Of a stretch of 52,065 nt of DNA, positions 9,603 to 18,475 are shown piece by piece. Below the pieces are notes generated by a model. It saw only the letters and a list, made by a program, of their open reading frames with translations, ran no database searches and was not told the origin of the DNA. Numbering within the stretch: position 1 is the stretch's first letter; every line of letters begins with the position of its first letter. The DNA comes from Spirochaetales bacterium (GTDB taxonomy: Bacteria > Spirochaetota > Spirochaetia > Treponematales > UBA12059), in the NCBI GenBank assembly GCA_016928955.1, contig JAFGJV010000036.1, positions 1 to 52,065 on the forward strand, given 5' to 3'. The position numbers and the translations under genes were made by a program.

Positions 9603-10636
9603 CAGGCGCCTCCCATGGCGTTCATGGCCTTACGGGCCTTGATCCTGGCGCTTGAATCCTCGTCGCCCGGCATGGACAGGACCTTTTTGTAGAAGCCGGC
9701 CGCGCGCTCGTTGTCGCCCTTCTTCTCCCAGGCCTGGCCCATCATGAACAGGATGTCAGCCATGTCCGGGTGCCTGGGCGTTGACTGTATGATGCCCGTG
9801 AAGTGCCGTATGGTGGCGTCCCACTGGGACAGGGCGTACAAGCAGCGGCCCAGGTCAAAGGCGGCCTTGGGGCCGTACTCGCCGTCGTCACCGGATGCGT
9901 CCATGATGCGCTTGAACTCTTTCAGGGCGTCCTGGTGTTTGCCCTGGCTGAATAGGCTGACCGCGTTGTAGTAATCCTTGGCAACGTCAGTGAGCGCCGC
10001 CTGGGCCTGGGGCCTGGGCGCGGTGGCGGCCTGGGGCTCGGTGTCCGGCCTGCCCGCCTGGGACCCGGCCAAAGGAGCCGGACCCTTGCCGTCGCCATAC
10101 CGCGTCAGCGCGGTTTCTGCGGCCTCAAGGAAGCGCCCCGCCTGCTCGGCCATGCGCCCGGCCGGGTAGTAGGTCAGGTAGCGCCCGAACACGTAGCGGG
10201 CCTGGGAATACAGCCGGTTGCGGAGGTAGTACTCGCCGGCGCGGAACAGGCCGTTCTCCGGGTTGACGGACGTCTGGTTTTCCATGAGGTTCTCCACCTG
10301 GCCATGGATGCGCCTGAGCTGGTTGGAGAACACCTTGAGCATTTTCAGTATGATGCGGGTGTTGGACGACGCGAACTGCTCGAATTCCGGCACTGTGAAG
10401 GCCAGCACGGACGCGTCCTGGAGCACCACGGCGTTTTCCTCGCGCGGGTAGTGGCCCAACGAGCTTTTTACCCCGAAGAACTCGCCCCGCTCTATGACCT
10501 CGTGGATGTCCTTGCCGTTTTCTATGTCCGTGTAATTGAGGCTGACGCGGCCGCTCTGGAGGACGTAGACCTTGTCGGCCACATCCCCGTTGAAGTATAT
10601 GACCGAATTGGACCTGAACGCAGCGAGCTTGGGCAT
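9602..10636 (-). CDS. cNMP-binding domain plus TPR protein
   Basis: N-terminal cNMP domain (GEFFG...PREENA); C-terminal TPR repeats. Confidence 0.85.
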   Translation of the reverse strand: MPKLAAFRSNSVIYFNGDVADKVYVLQSGRVSLNYTDIENGKDIHEVIERGEFFGVKSSLGHYPREENAVVLQDASVLAFTVPEFEQFASSNTRIILKMLKVFSNQLRRIHGQVENLMENQTSVNPENGLFRAGEYYLRNRLYSQARYVFGRYLTYYPAGRMAEQAGRFLEAAETALTRYGDGKGPAPLAGSQAGRPDTEPQAATAPRPQAQAALTDVAKDYYNAVSLFSQGKHQDALKEFKRIMDASGDDGEYGPKAAFDLGRCLYALSQWDATIRHFTGIIQSTPRHPDMADILFMMGQAWEKKGDNERAAGFYKKVLSMPGDEDSSARIKARKAMNAMGGA

Positions 10637-10774
10637 CGTCTCCCCTCGTGTTACGCGGCGCGGCGCTTGCGGCGCCCGCGCGGGTCTTCAGTATAGTACA
10701 AGTTGCCGTCCTCGGCCATCCTTGGGCCCGTGAGCGGGTTGCCAAAAAGCCGACGGCGGCTTTTCATCGTCCTG

Positions 10775-11995
10775 TTAGCACTCAAAGGGCAGGTAGCCCA
10801 GCTTTTTCTTGAAGCCCACCGCCTCGCGCACGGCGCGGTACAGGCTGAGGGGCGTGCCTTTCACGCTCATGGCCCTGCCGCCAACGGTCACTGTTTCGTG
10901 CGGGCCCTCCGGCATGAGCTCGGCAAAGCGCTCGTCCGCGTATACCGGTTCGCCGTCCACGGACAGGAACTCAACGTCGTCCATGTCCGCTCGAGCCAGG
11001 TTCTCGTAGGGATCGTCGTGGCGGGCGCGGAGCACCAGGATGTCGGCTTTTTTGCCCTCGTCCAGGGTGCCTACCCTGTCCTGCATGCGGAAGGCCCGCG
11101 CCGGGTTGATGGTGACCATGCGGAACAGGGTTTCGGCCGGAAGGTCCTCGCCGTACAGCCTACGGTAGGTTTCCCGCGCGAATTTCACCTCAGCCATCAG
11201 GTTGATGGATCCGGTGTGCGTGGAGTCCGTGCCTATGGCCACGTTGACCCCGGCCTTGAGCAGTTTCCGGATCTTGCAGGTGACGTTGAACATGAACATG
11301 TTGGACGCCGGGCACCAGGACACGGACGCGCCGGCCTTGGCCGTTTTGGCCACGTCTTCGTCGGAAAAGCCTATGCAGTGGATGAACAGGTCGCGGTTGT
11401 CCAGGCAGCCCAGCCGCTCCAGGATGCTGATGCCGTCCTGCGACTCGGGATCAAAGCCCTCTTCCAGGTGCGTGATGAAGGGCCAGTCCTTCTCTTGCGC
11501 CATCTTGTGCTCTATCTCTATGCCCTTGCCCCATTTCAGGTCGTAGGACGAGCACTCGTGGGCCAGGGTGTATTCCTTGATGACGCGTATGGGCAGGCGG
11601 GGAATGAAGGGGTCGTTGATCTCGTGGGGGAAATGGTCGTTGACGGTGGCCACGCCGGAGAACAGGTTCTTGTACGCCGACAGGAAATACATGGTTTCCA
11701 CGTTCAGGTTGGCCCGTTCCTCGTACACGGGCGACGATTTGAGGTCGGCGTCCCAATACGACCAGTTCAGGTAGAAGCGGTCGCCTTTGGGGCCCACGCG
11801 GGGCACGTAATTGCCCCGCATGTGGTCGTGCACGTTGATCAGGGCCGGGTATACAAAGGACGAGCCGCCCAGGTCCAGGGCCGGGCCACCGTTGCGCTTG
11901 GCCGCGATGACGGAGCCGGCGACCGACACGGAGCCTTTTTTCCGTACAGCTGCCCCGGTGACGATATCGGCGTTTGTCAGTGTGTAGTGAGTCAC
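10775..11995 (-). CDS. Metal-dependent amidohydrolase (deaminase-like)
   Basis: PALINVHDH, THLEEG, IHC, WCPASN, IGTDS, GTLDEGKKADI. Confidence 0.88.
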   Translation of the reverse strand: MTHYTLTNADIVTGAAVRKKGSVSVAGSVIAAKRNGGPALDLGGSSFVYPALINVHDHMRGNYVPRVGPKGDRFYLNWSYWDADLKSSPVYEERANLNVETMYFLSAYKNLFSGVATVNDHFPHEINDPFIPRLPIRVIKEYTLAHECSSYDLKWGKGIEIEHKMAQEKDWPFITHLEEGFDPESQDGISILERLGCLDNRDLFIHCIGFSDEDVAKTAKAGASVSWCPASNMFMFNVTCKIRKLLKAGVNVAIGTDSTHTGSINLMAEVKFARETYRRLYGEDLPAETLFRMVTINPARAFRMQDRVGTLDEGKKADILVLRARHDDPYENLARADMDDVEFLSVDGEPVYADERFAELMPEGPHETVTVGGRAMSVKGTPLSLYRAVREAVGFKKKLGYLPFEC

Positions 11996-12248
11996 TTCCG
12001 TCCATCCTTATGCCGGCCCGCGGCGCACGGTGGCCTCTCAAAAGAACCCAAGGGTCCTTTAAGGAGGCTCGCTTTTTCAATGTCCCCGTAGGGCCCGCGG
12101 TCCTGAACGTTCATGCGTCCGGCCGTACCGTCCGGTCCGCCTCTTTACTTTTTCGGCGTTTTTGCCCCCAAGGTTGACATCCGCTCAGCATCGCGGAACG
12201 CCGCCTGTAAAACCGCCTGTAACCGGGCACGGGCGTCACCGTTGTAGC

Positions 12249-12277
12249 GTAAAGCACGCGTAAAGCCCGTGTAAAGC
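12249..12277. promoter_or_regulatory. Three GTAAAGC direct repeats at 11-bp period; putative operator
   Basis: GTAAAGC at 12249, 12260 and 12271 in the divergent intergenic region. Confidence 0.5.
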
Positions 12278-12434
12278 TCTGGCGCAAAAAGCTTATATAC
12301 CGTAGTATAGCGGATATACGCTTCTGGTTCCGGTTTGCCGCTTCTTAAAGGCCCAAACGGCCATCCGGAAGCCGTGATGAAAAAGTACTATGCGGCTTCC
12401 CGCAGGCCAAGGCAGGCGCGGGGGCAAAAAAAAT

Positions 12435-12495
12435 CGCGTTTTCAGCCGAAGACGCGGGGAAGCCTGAAAGGACCCTGAGGGCGTGGAGCTTCCCC
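12435..12495 (-). repeat. Degenerate two-hairpin REP-like element, copy E
   Basis: Minus strand GGGAAGCTCCA...GGCTTCCC-CGCGTCTTCGGCTGAAAACGCG matches the architecture of copy C. Confidence 0.55.
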
Positions 12496-12510
12496 CAAGG
12501 AAATGTGAGC

Positions 12511-13071
12511 ATGATAAATATTCGTGAATATGAGCTTCTGACGCTCGAGACGGGCGCGTACAGGGACATCGAGCTGGACATCCTCAAGGAAACGCTGGCC
12601 GCCTGGAAACAGAGCCCGGGCAGCCCCTATGAACTCATAGAGCTCAGGGACGGCCGCGTGCTGGCGGGATTCTGCCTGTATTACCATTCGCCGAACACCG
12701 AACATACCTATGACATACACACCTTTGTGGTGGGCAGGGATTACAGGAACAAGGCCGTGGGCCCCCGCCTTTTGGAGCTTCTCCTGGACGCGGTCCTGGA
12801 CAAGGTGGATTACGCGGTCATCAGGGTGGAAACGTCCCGTCTCAAGGAGGACGCCGTGGGCGACTCCTTCTACTCGGACAACGGGTTCCAGGCCATAGGC
12901 CATATACCGGGTTTTTACGACAACGAGAACGACTACTACATCTACGTTAAATCCGTGAGCGCGGAAAACGACGAGGATACCCTGGACGACGAAACGAACG
13001 ACGAAACGGGCGGGGATACGGACGCCGCGTCCCCGGACGGAGACGTGCGGTCGTCGGAAAAGACCGTGTAG
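12511..13071 (+). CDS. GNAT family N-acetyltransferase with acidic tail
   Basis: VGRDYRNKAVG acetyl-CoA motif, FY..NGF...G.IP.FY; alternative GTG start at 12505. Confidence 0.8.
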   Translation: MINIREYELLTLETGAYRDIELDILKETLAAWKQSPGSPYELIELRDGRVLAGFCLYYHSPNTEHTYDIHTFVVGRDYRNKAVGPRLLELLLDAVLDKVDYAVIRVETSRLKEDAVGDSFYSDNGFQAIGHIPGFYDNENDYYIYVKSVSAENDEDTLDDETNDETGGDTDAASPDGDVRSSEKTV

Positions 13072-13152
13072 ATTCCACGGGCATGACCGGGCGTCCCGCT
13101 ACCGGCCCCCAACGGGAGCCGGGTAGTATCCGGGCGCCCCTCTGGAGACCGT

Positions 13153-14178
13153 ATGGACACAAGCGCAAAAGCGGCGCCGGCCGCCGACATCGAACGGGCC
13201 AGGGAAGCGGCCGGACGCCTCCGGAACGCCATGGCCAAGCGGCTGGTGGGCAAGCGGGACCTGGTTGACGGCATCCTGACGGCGGTCATGTCGGAGGGGC
13301 ACGTGCTTCTTGAGGGCGTGCCAGGCCTGGCCAAAACCCTGGCCGTGCGCAGTTTTGCCGCGGCCGCCGGCCTTGAGTACCGCCGCATCCAGTTCACTCC
13401 CGACCTTCTGCCCGGCGACATCACGGGCACCCTGTTCTACGACGCCGGCAGCGGCCGCTTTGTGCCCCGGGAAGGTCCCGTGTTCGCCAACATCGTGCTG
13501 GCGGACGAGATCAACCGGGCGCCGGCCAAGGTCCAGTCGGCCCTGCTTGAGGCCATGGAGGAGCGCCAGGTGACCATGGGCGACCGCAGCCTGGCCCTGC
13601 CGTCGCCGTTCTTCGTGCTGGCCACGCAGAACCCCATAGAACACGAAGGTACCTTCCGTCTGCCCGAGGCCCAGCTGGACCGCTTCATGCTGAAACTGCT
13701 GGCCGACTACCCGGACGAGGGCGAGGAGCTGGACATCGTTGTCCAGAACGCCGACCGCACGGGAGCCGCGGGCCAGGATTTTGGGCCGGCGGGCAAGGTG
13801 GTGGACGCCGCGGACCTGGTCGCCATGCGGAACGCCGCCCGGTCCGTGCGCGTGGAGCGCGAGGTGGCCGAGTACGCCGTGTCGCTGGTGCGCGCCACCC
13901 GTCCGGGCAAGGACGGGCGCAAGGACCTGCCCGCCCAGCGCGAGATCAACAGGTATATTGAATTTGGGGCCAGTCCCCGCGCATCCCTTGCCCTGTACCG
14001 GGCTGCCAGGGGCGGAGCCCTCTTGGACGGTCGCGACTATGTCCTTCCCGACGACGTCAAGAACGCCGCGCCCGCCGTGCTCAGGCATCGCATCGTCCCT
14101 TCCTACGAGGCTGAGGCAGAGCGCGTGGACGTTGAGGCCATCGTGAGAGCGGTGCTGGCGGCCGTGGCCGTGCCCTGA
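13153..14178 (+). CDS. moxR: MoxR family AAA+ ATPase
   Basis: GVPGLAKT, RIQFTPDLLP.D, LADEINRAPAKVQSALLEAM.E, ATQNP.E.EGT..LPEAQLDRF. Confidence 0.95.
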   Translation: MDTSAKAAPAADIERAREAAGRLRNAMAKRLVGKRDLVDGILTAVMSEGHVLLEGVPGLAKTLAVRSFAAAAGLEYRRIQFTPDLLPGDITGTLFYDAGSGRFVPREGPVFANIVLADEINRAPAKVQSALLEAMEERQVTMGDRSLALPSPFFVLATQNPIEHEGTFRLPEAQLDRFMLKLLADYPDEGEELDIVVQNADRTGAAGQDFGPAGKVVDAADLVAMRNAARSVRVEREVAEYAVSLVRATRPGKDGRKDLPAQREINRYIEFGASPRASLALYRAARGGALLDGRDYVLPDDVKNAAPAVLRHRIVPSYEAEAERVDVEAIVRAVLAAVAVP

Positions 14179-15050
14179 TGGACGACGAGGAGCGAAAGCG
14201 CCGGATCAGGCGGCTGGTATTCGCCTCTCCGGCGCTGGCCCGGGCCCTCCTGGCCGGGGACTACCGATCGGCGTTCAAGGGCCGCGGCATGGATTTTGAC
14301 GGCCTGAGAGAGTACGGCACGGACGACGACGCCCTGCGCATGGACTGGAACGCAACCGCCCGCCTTGGAAAACCCTATGTCAAAACCTGGCGCGACGACC
14401 GCAGCCTGTCCGTCTATCTGGTGGTGGACGAATCAGAATCCATGGACCGGGGCGACAGGCGGGCAGACACGGCCCGCACGGCAGCCTCGCTGGTTGCCTA
14501 CGCGTGTTCGGCCAACGGCGTCCGCGTTGGCGGTCTCTTTTTTGGGGGCGACGCCCTTGAGCACGTGGAGCCGGACACCGGTCCGAGGCGGGCCCTGGCC
14601 CTGATCGAGCGCGTCATGGAAGGGCGCCGCGGCCCCGGCCACGGTTCCAGGCTCCCGGAAGCGCTGGAAGCCGCCGCGTCCTGGCTCAAACGCAGGAGCC
14701 TGGTCCTGATTGTCAGCGATTTCCAGGCGGCCGCCTACGCGGTGCCCCTGGCCTTGCTGGCCAGGCGCCACGACGTGGCCATGATCCATATACGGGACGG
14801 CTCGGACCTGCCTCTGGTACCTGACGGATGGACCCTGCGCGCCGTGGACGCCGAGTCGGGCCGCGCCCGGCTGGTGCCCGGCCGGTCCCGCGTCTGGAAA
14901 GGCGCCGTACGGCGCGCTTCGGCCGGCGCCAAGCTCGAGTTGCTGTCGGCGGCGGCCGCCGCCCGCGTGTCTGTCCTGCCACTGGGCCCGTCCGACGACC
15001 CTGTGCTGGCCCTGACGCAGTTTTTTGGCCGCCGCGGGAGACGTCCGTGA
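14178..15050 (+). CDS. DUF58 family protein (MoxR-associated)
   Basis: G.GMDF..LREY...DD...MDWNATAR, VD.S.SM, SDF. Confidence 0.9.
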   Translation: MDDEERKRRIRRLVFASPALARALLAGDYRSAFKGRGMDFDGLREYGTDDDALRMDWNATARLGKPYVKTWRDDRSLSVYLVVDESESMDRGDRRADTARTAASLVAYACSANGVRVGGLFFGGDALEHVEPDTGPRRALALIERVMEGRRGPGHGSRLPEALEAAASWLKRRSLVLIVSDFQAAAYAVPLALLARRHDVAMIHIRDGSDLPLVPDGWTLRAVDAESGRARLVPGRSRVWKGAVRRASAGAKLELLSAAAAARVSVLPLGPSDDPVLALTQFFGRRGRRP

Positions 15051-15925
15051 GCCGCCGTACGCTTGCCCTGGTATTGGCCCTGGGCGGAAGCCTTGCCTGG
15101 GCGGATGTAGCCGTGCTGTCCCTGGAATTCGAGCCGCCCGAGTTTACGCCAGGCCAGATTGTGCTGGCCAGAGCCGTGTGGGACCCGGCGGGCACCCGCT
15201 GGACGGCCGAGCGCGTGTCCACGGGTTTTCCCGAACCCGGTGAGGACGGTCCGAGCGTCCTGTACGCAGAGACCCTGCAGCGCGGCGGCCGGACGGAACT
15301 GGTCGTCGCCTTCATAGCATGGAAACCCGGCCAGGGCGCCCTGCCTCCCCTGTACGTGGGCGGCGCAGCCTTTCCGCCCCTGGAATTCCAGGCAGGCTCC
15401 ATCCTGCCGGCGGCCGGCCGCCACGATCCCGGGATGTTACCCCAGTTGGAACCCAAAGGCCTTCGTACCAACGTATATGTGGCCGCTGGTGCCCTTTTGG
15501 CGGCCGGCATGGCCGCAGCCCTGATAGCGTACAAACTGCTGCCCTGGCTCAAAATCCTGGCCGCGCGCTGGGCGTTCCAGAAGGCCAGGAGGGATTTTGA
15601 GGCCGTGCTCGACTTCCTGCGGGGCGGTGCCGAGGGCCCGGCGGCCTGGGCCGCCCTGGCGTCGGCCCTGCGGCGGTACCTGAACGCCCGGTCCGAGCTG
15701 GATTTTTTTCCCCTGACCGCCCGTGAGGTGGCAGCCCTGCCCGATGGCGTCCTCCCCGGCCAGGTGACCGGCGACGCCGCGGTCATACTGTCGGCCAGCG
15801 ATTACGTTCGTTTTGGCTCGGCTGGAGCCGGGGACTTACCCGCCGCGGTCGAGCTTGCGGCGGCCGTGGTAACGCGGGTGGAGGAAGCTCTGGCGGACAC
15901 GGAAGCCGGGAGGAAACCCGCATGA
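15047..15925 (+). CDS. Membrane-anchored hypothetical protein of the MoxR/Bat operon
   Basis: GTGA overlap; signal peptide, one TM, LRRYL...LTARE...D.VRF tail typical of this operon position. Confidence 0.65.
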   Translation: MSRRTLALVLALGGSLAWADVAVLSLEFEPPEFTPGQIVLARAVWDPAGTRWTAERVSTGFPEPGEDGPSVLYAETLQRGGRTELVVAFIAWKPGQGALPPLYVGGAAFPPLEFQAGSILPAAGRHDPGMLPQLEPKGLRTNVYVAAGALLAAGMAAALIAYKLLPWLKILAARWAFQKARRDFEAVLDFLRGGAEGPAAWAALASALRRYLNARSELDFFPLTAREVAALPDGVLPGQVTGDAAVILSASDYVRFGSAGAGDLPAAVELAAAVVTRVEEALADTEAGRKPA

Positions 15926-16935
15926 TCGTGTTCGAGCGCCCGTGGTTCCTGGCCCTGGTTCTGCCCGCCCTGGCTCTGTGGCTGTGGCTCGGCCGCAGAG
16001 GCTCGCGCCGGGGGATGCCCCTGCCCCTGGACGACTGGGGTGGCGCCCCGGGTCCGGAGGCGCCCTGGGTGTGGCGGCTTGTCCTGATGGCGTCGACCAC
16101 GCTAGGCCTGGCTGCCTGGCTGGCCACCATGCTGGCTGCCTCGGCACCCGTGCGCGTGGAACGCATACCGGCGCGCTACCGAAGCGAGCTGGACCTGATG
16201 TTCGTGCTGGACGTGTCGCCGAGCATGGCGGCCATGGATCTTGAGCCGACCCGGCTGGACGCCGCCCGGCAGTTCGTGCGCGCCTTTCTCAGGTCCGGGG
16301 ACGGGGCGTCCGGAGCTTCCGTGGGGGTGGCCGCCTTTGGTGCTGAGGCGTCCCTGCTGTGCCCGCCCACCGTTGATTACGGCACCGCCGATCAGCTGCT
16401 GGATCTCATGATGCCCGGGGCCCTTGGCGACGGCACGGCCGTGGGCCAGGGCCTGGCCCTGGCCTTGCGCCACCTGTTGGCCGGCTCGGGCAGCAGGAAG
16501 GCAGCCGTGCTTCTGACCGACGGCGAGGACAACGCTGGCCGCATTCATCCCCTGGACGCAGCGGCCACGTACCGGCGCTATGGCGTGGGCCTTATCGTGG
16601 TGGGCCTCGGTTCCCAGGGCGACGCGCCCATAGAGTACGTGGATCCGGACAGCGGCGAGACCCTGAAGGGTTCATACAGGAGCGCCTTCAGCGACGCGGC
16701 CCTTGCGGCCATAGCGGAAGCCGGGGGCGGCCGGTACCAGGCGGCACGTGACGTGCGGGCCCTGGAAGCGGCCATAGAGGACGTGGGAGCGCTGGCCGGC
16801 GTGGACCCCGGCTCGGCGTCGGCCCTGCCCCTGGCCCGGAGAACCAGCCTGGCCCGGCCCGTAATGGTCCTGGCCCTGATCCTGGCCGCCGGATCCTGGC
16901 TTTTACGGCGTTTGGTGCTGGGAGGCGTGGCATGA
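15922..16935 (+). CDS. batA: BatA-like vWA domain protein
   Basis: FERPWFL N-terminus, MIDAS DVSPSM, GTAVGQGL, LLTDGEDNAG. Confidence 0.85.
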   Translation: MIVFERPWFLALVLPALALWLWLGRRGSRRGMPLPLDDWGGAPGPEAPWVWRLVLMASTTLGLAAWLATMLAASAPVRVERIPARYRSELDLMFVLDVSPSMAAMDLEPTRLDAARQFVRAFLRSGDGASGASVGVAAFGAEASLLCPPTVDYGTADQLLDLMMPGALGDGTAVGQGLALALRHLLAGSGSRKAAVLLTDGEDNAGRIHPLDAAATYRRYGVGLIVVGLGSQGDAPIEYVDPDSGETLKGSYRSAFSDAALAAIAEAGGGRYQAARDVRALEAAIEDVGALAGVDPGSASALPLARRTSLARPVMVLALILAAGSWLLRRLVLGGVA

Positions 16936-17897
16936 CGCCCGACTACGCCTGGCTGTGGTTGCTTTTTGCCCTGGCCCCCTATATTGCCCTGAGCCTGCGC
17001 TGGCAGGGCACGCTCGCGTCATTCCGGCCAGGCGACCGGGAATGGGCATCCATGGTGGCACGGCGCCGCCGGTCCATGGCCGCAGGCGCGGCTTTCTGGG
17101 CATGCGGCGTGCTGGCAGTGTCCGGGATAAGCGGTTCCGTGCGCCAAGTGCCCGAGCGGGTGGGCGACGCGGTGGTCACCGTGGTGCTTGACGCGTCCAA
17201 CTCGATGCTGTCCCGGGCGACCGGGGGCGGAAGCCGCCTGGACGAGTCCCTGCGCTTGGTCCGCGCGCTGACGGCCTCCGTGCCGCCGGTGCGCTGGCGC
17301 CTGGTCGCCTTTGAGGGCAGGGCCATGACCCTCTGCCCGGCCACCTATGACCTGGCCGCCTTTGACGAAAGCCTGGCCTGGGTGGGGCCAGCCTTGAGCG
17401 ACGCCCCCGGCTCGGATCTGGGAGCGGCGCTTGCCGAGGTGCGGACGCGGGAAGACGGAAGCTCGTCCAGCGTGGTCCTGGTTTTGTCAGACGGCAACGA
17501 CACGGGCGGCAACGCGCGGCTCGAGGCAGGCCGCCTGGGAGCGTCCGGCGCGCGGCTGGTGTTCGTGGGAGCCGGAGGGCAGCCCGAACCTGTGGCCAAC
17601 GAGGCTGGCCTGCCCGTTCTGGACCACGAAGGCCGCCAGTTCAGCCTGGGCCTGGCCGAGGCGGCCATGAACGACTGGGCCAGGGCTTCCCGAGGAAGCT
17701 TTGTCCGCCTGGACGACCCCGCGGCCTTCCAGACCTTGGCGGACGTCATAGAGGAGGCTGCCCGGGGAGCGGGTAGCTGGCGGAACGTGCCCAGAAAAAC
17801 GGACGGGGCGCCGACCATGGCGGTTCTGGCGGCGCTTGCCCTGGCCCTTGCGGCTTTTTTTGACCTGCCCCAGCGCAGGGCGGGGAGGCGTAGATGA
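16932..17897 (+). CDS. batB: BatB-like vWA domain protein
   Basis: DASNSM MIDAS, CP.T.D, GSDLGAAL, LSDG. Confidence 0.75.
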   Translation: MTPDYAWLWLLFALAPYIALSLRWQGTLASFRPGDREWASMVARRRRSMAAGAAFWACGVLAVSGISGSVRQVPERVGDAVVTVVLDASNSMLSRATGGGSRLDESLRLVRALTASVPPVRWRLVAFEGRAMTLCPATYDLAAFDESLAWVGPALSDAPGSDLGAALAEVRTREDGSSSSVVLVLSDGNDTGGNARLEAGRLGASGARLVFVGAGGQPEPVANEAGLPVLDHEGRQFSLGLAEAAMNDWARASRGSFVRLDDPAAFQTLADVIEEAARGAGSWRNVPRKTDGAPTMAVLAALALALAAFFDLPQRRAGRRR

Positions 17898-18475
17898 GCG
17901 CGGTACGCGGGCGGATACTGTTTCTTGCCCTGTCGGTCTCAGGCATCTTGGCCTCGTGCGGGCGCACCGCCGACGGCATGGCCGTGCTCAAGGCCAACGC
18001 CGACTACGAAGCCGGCCGTATCCATGACGCCATAGCCTCGTATATGGACGTGGGCACGGCCGCGTTTGACGGCGCCGTGGCCTGCAACCTGGCCAACGCC
18101 TTCTCAGCCCTGGGCGAACTGCGCGCGGCCGAACCTCTCTACCAGGAGGCCGGACGCTCGCCCGACGCCCTGGTCGCCGCCGCCGCCTTCCACAATCTCG
18201 GGGTGGCTTTATATGGACTGGAGCGCTATCCGGAAGCTGCCCGAGCATTCAAATCCAGCCTCCTTGCCCGCCCCGGTTCCCTTGAGACCATGAGGGCCTA
18301 CGAGCTTGCCCTGGACGCGGCCCGCCCTGATTCCACGGCCGGAGCCGTGGAGCGGGGCGAGGCTGACCTGTCCGGCACGGGCGGGGAGCCTTCGTTTTTC
18401 AGCATGGCGCGCAAGCAGGACCAGGCAACATACACGGTTGGCGAGTCCGCGGCCTTGGAAGGAGCCGACCATTGA
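17894..18475 (+). CDS. BatC-like TPR (lipo)protein
   Basis: LASC lipobox-like; HNLGVALY...Y.EA...FK TPR; position in operon. Confidence 0.7.
   Translation: MSAVRGRILFLALSVSGILASCGRTADGMAVLKANADYEAGRIHDAIASYMDVGTAAFDGAVACNLANAFSALGELRAAEPLYQEAGRSPDALVAAAAFHNLGVALYGLERYPEAARAFKSSLLARPGSLETMRAYELALDAARPDSTAGAVERGEADLSGTGGEPSFFSMARKQDQATYTVGESAALEGADH

Noticed and set aside
12080..12170. Minus-strand GGCAAA..GCCGAAA..GACGC reminiscent of a c-di-GMP-I riboswitch upstream of the amidohydrolase
   Set aside because: Stem pairing and the remaining consensus could not be built by eye; an Infernal/Rfam scan would settle it
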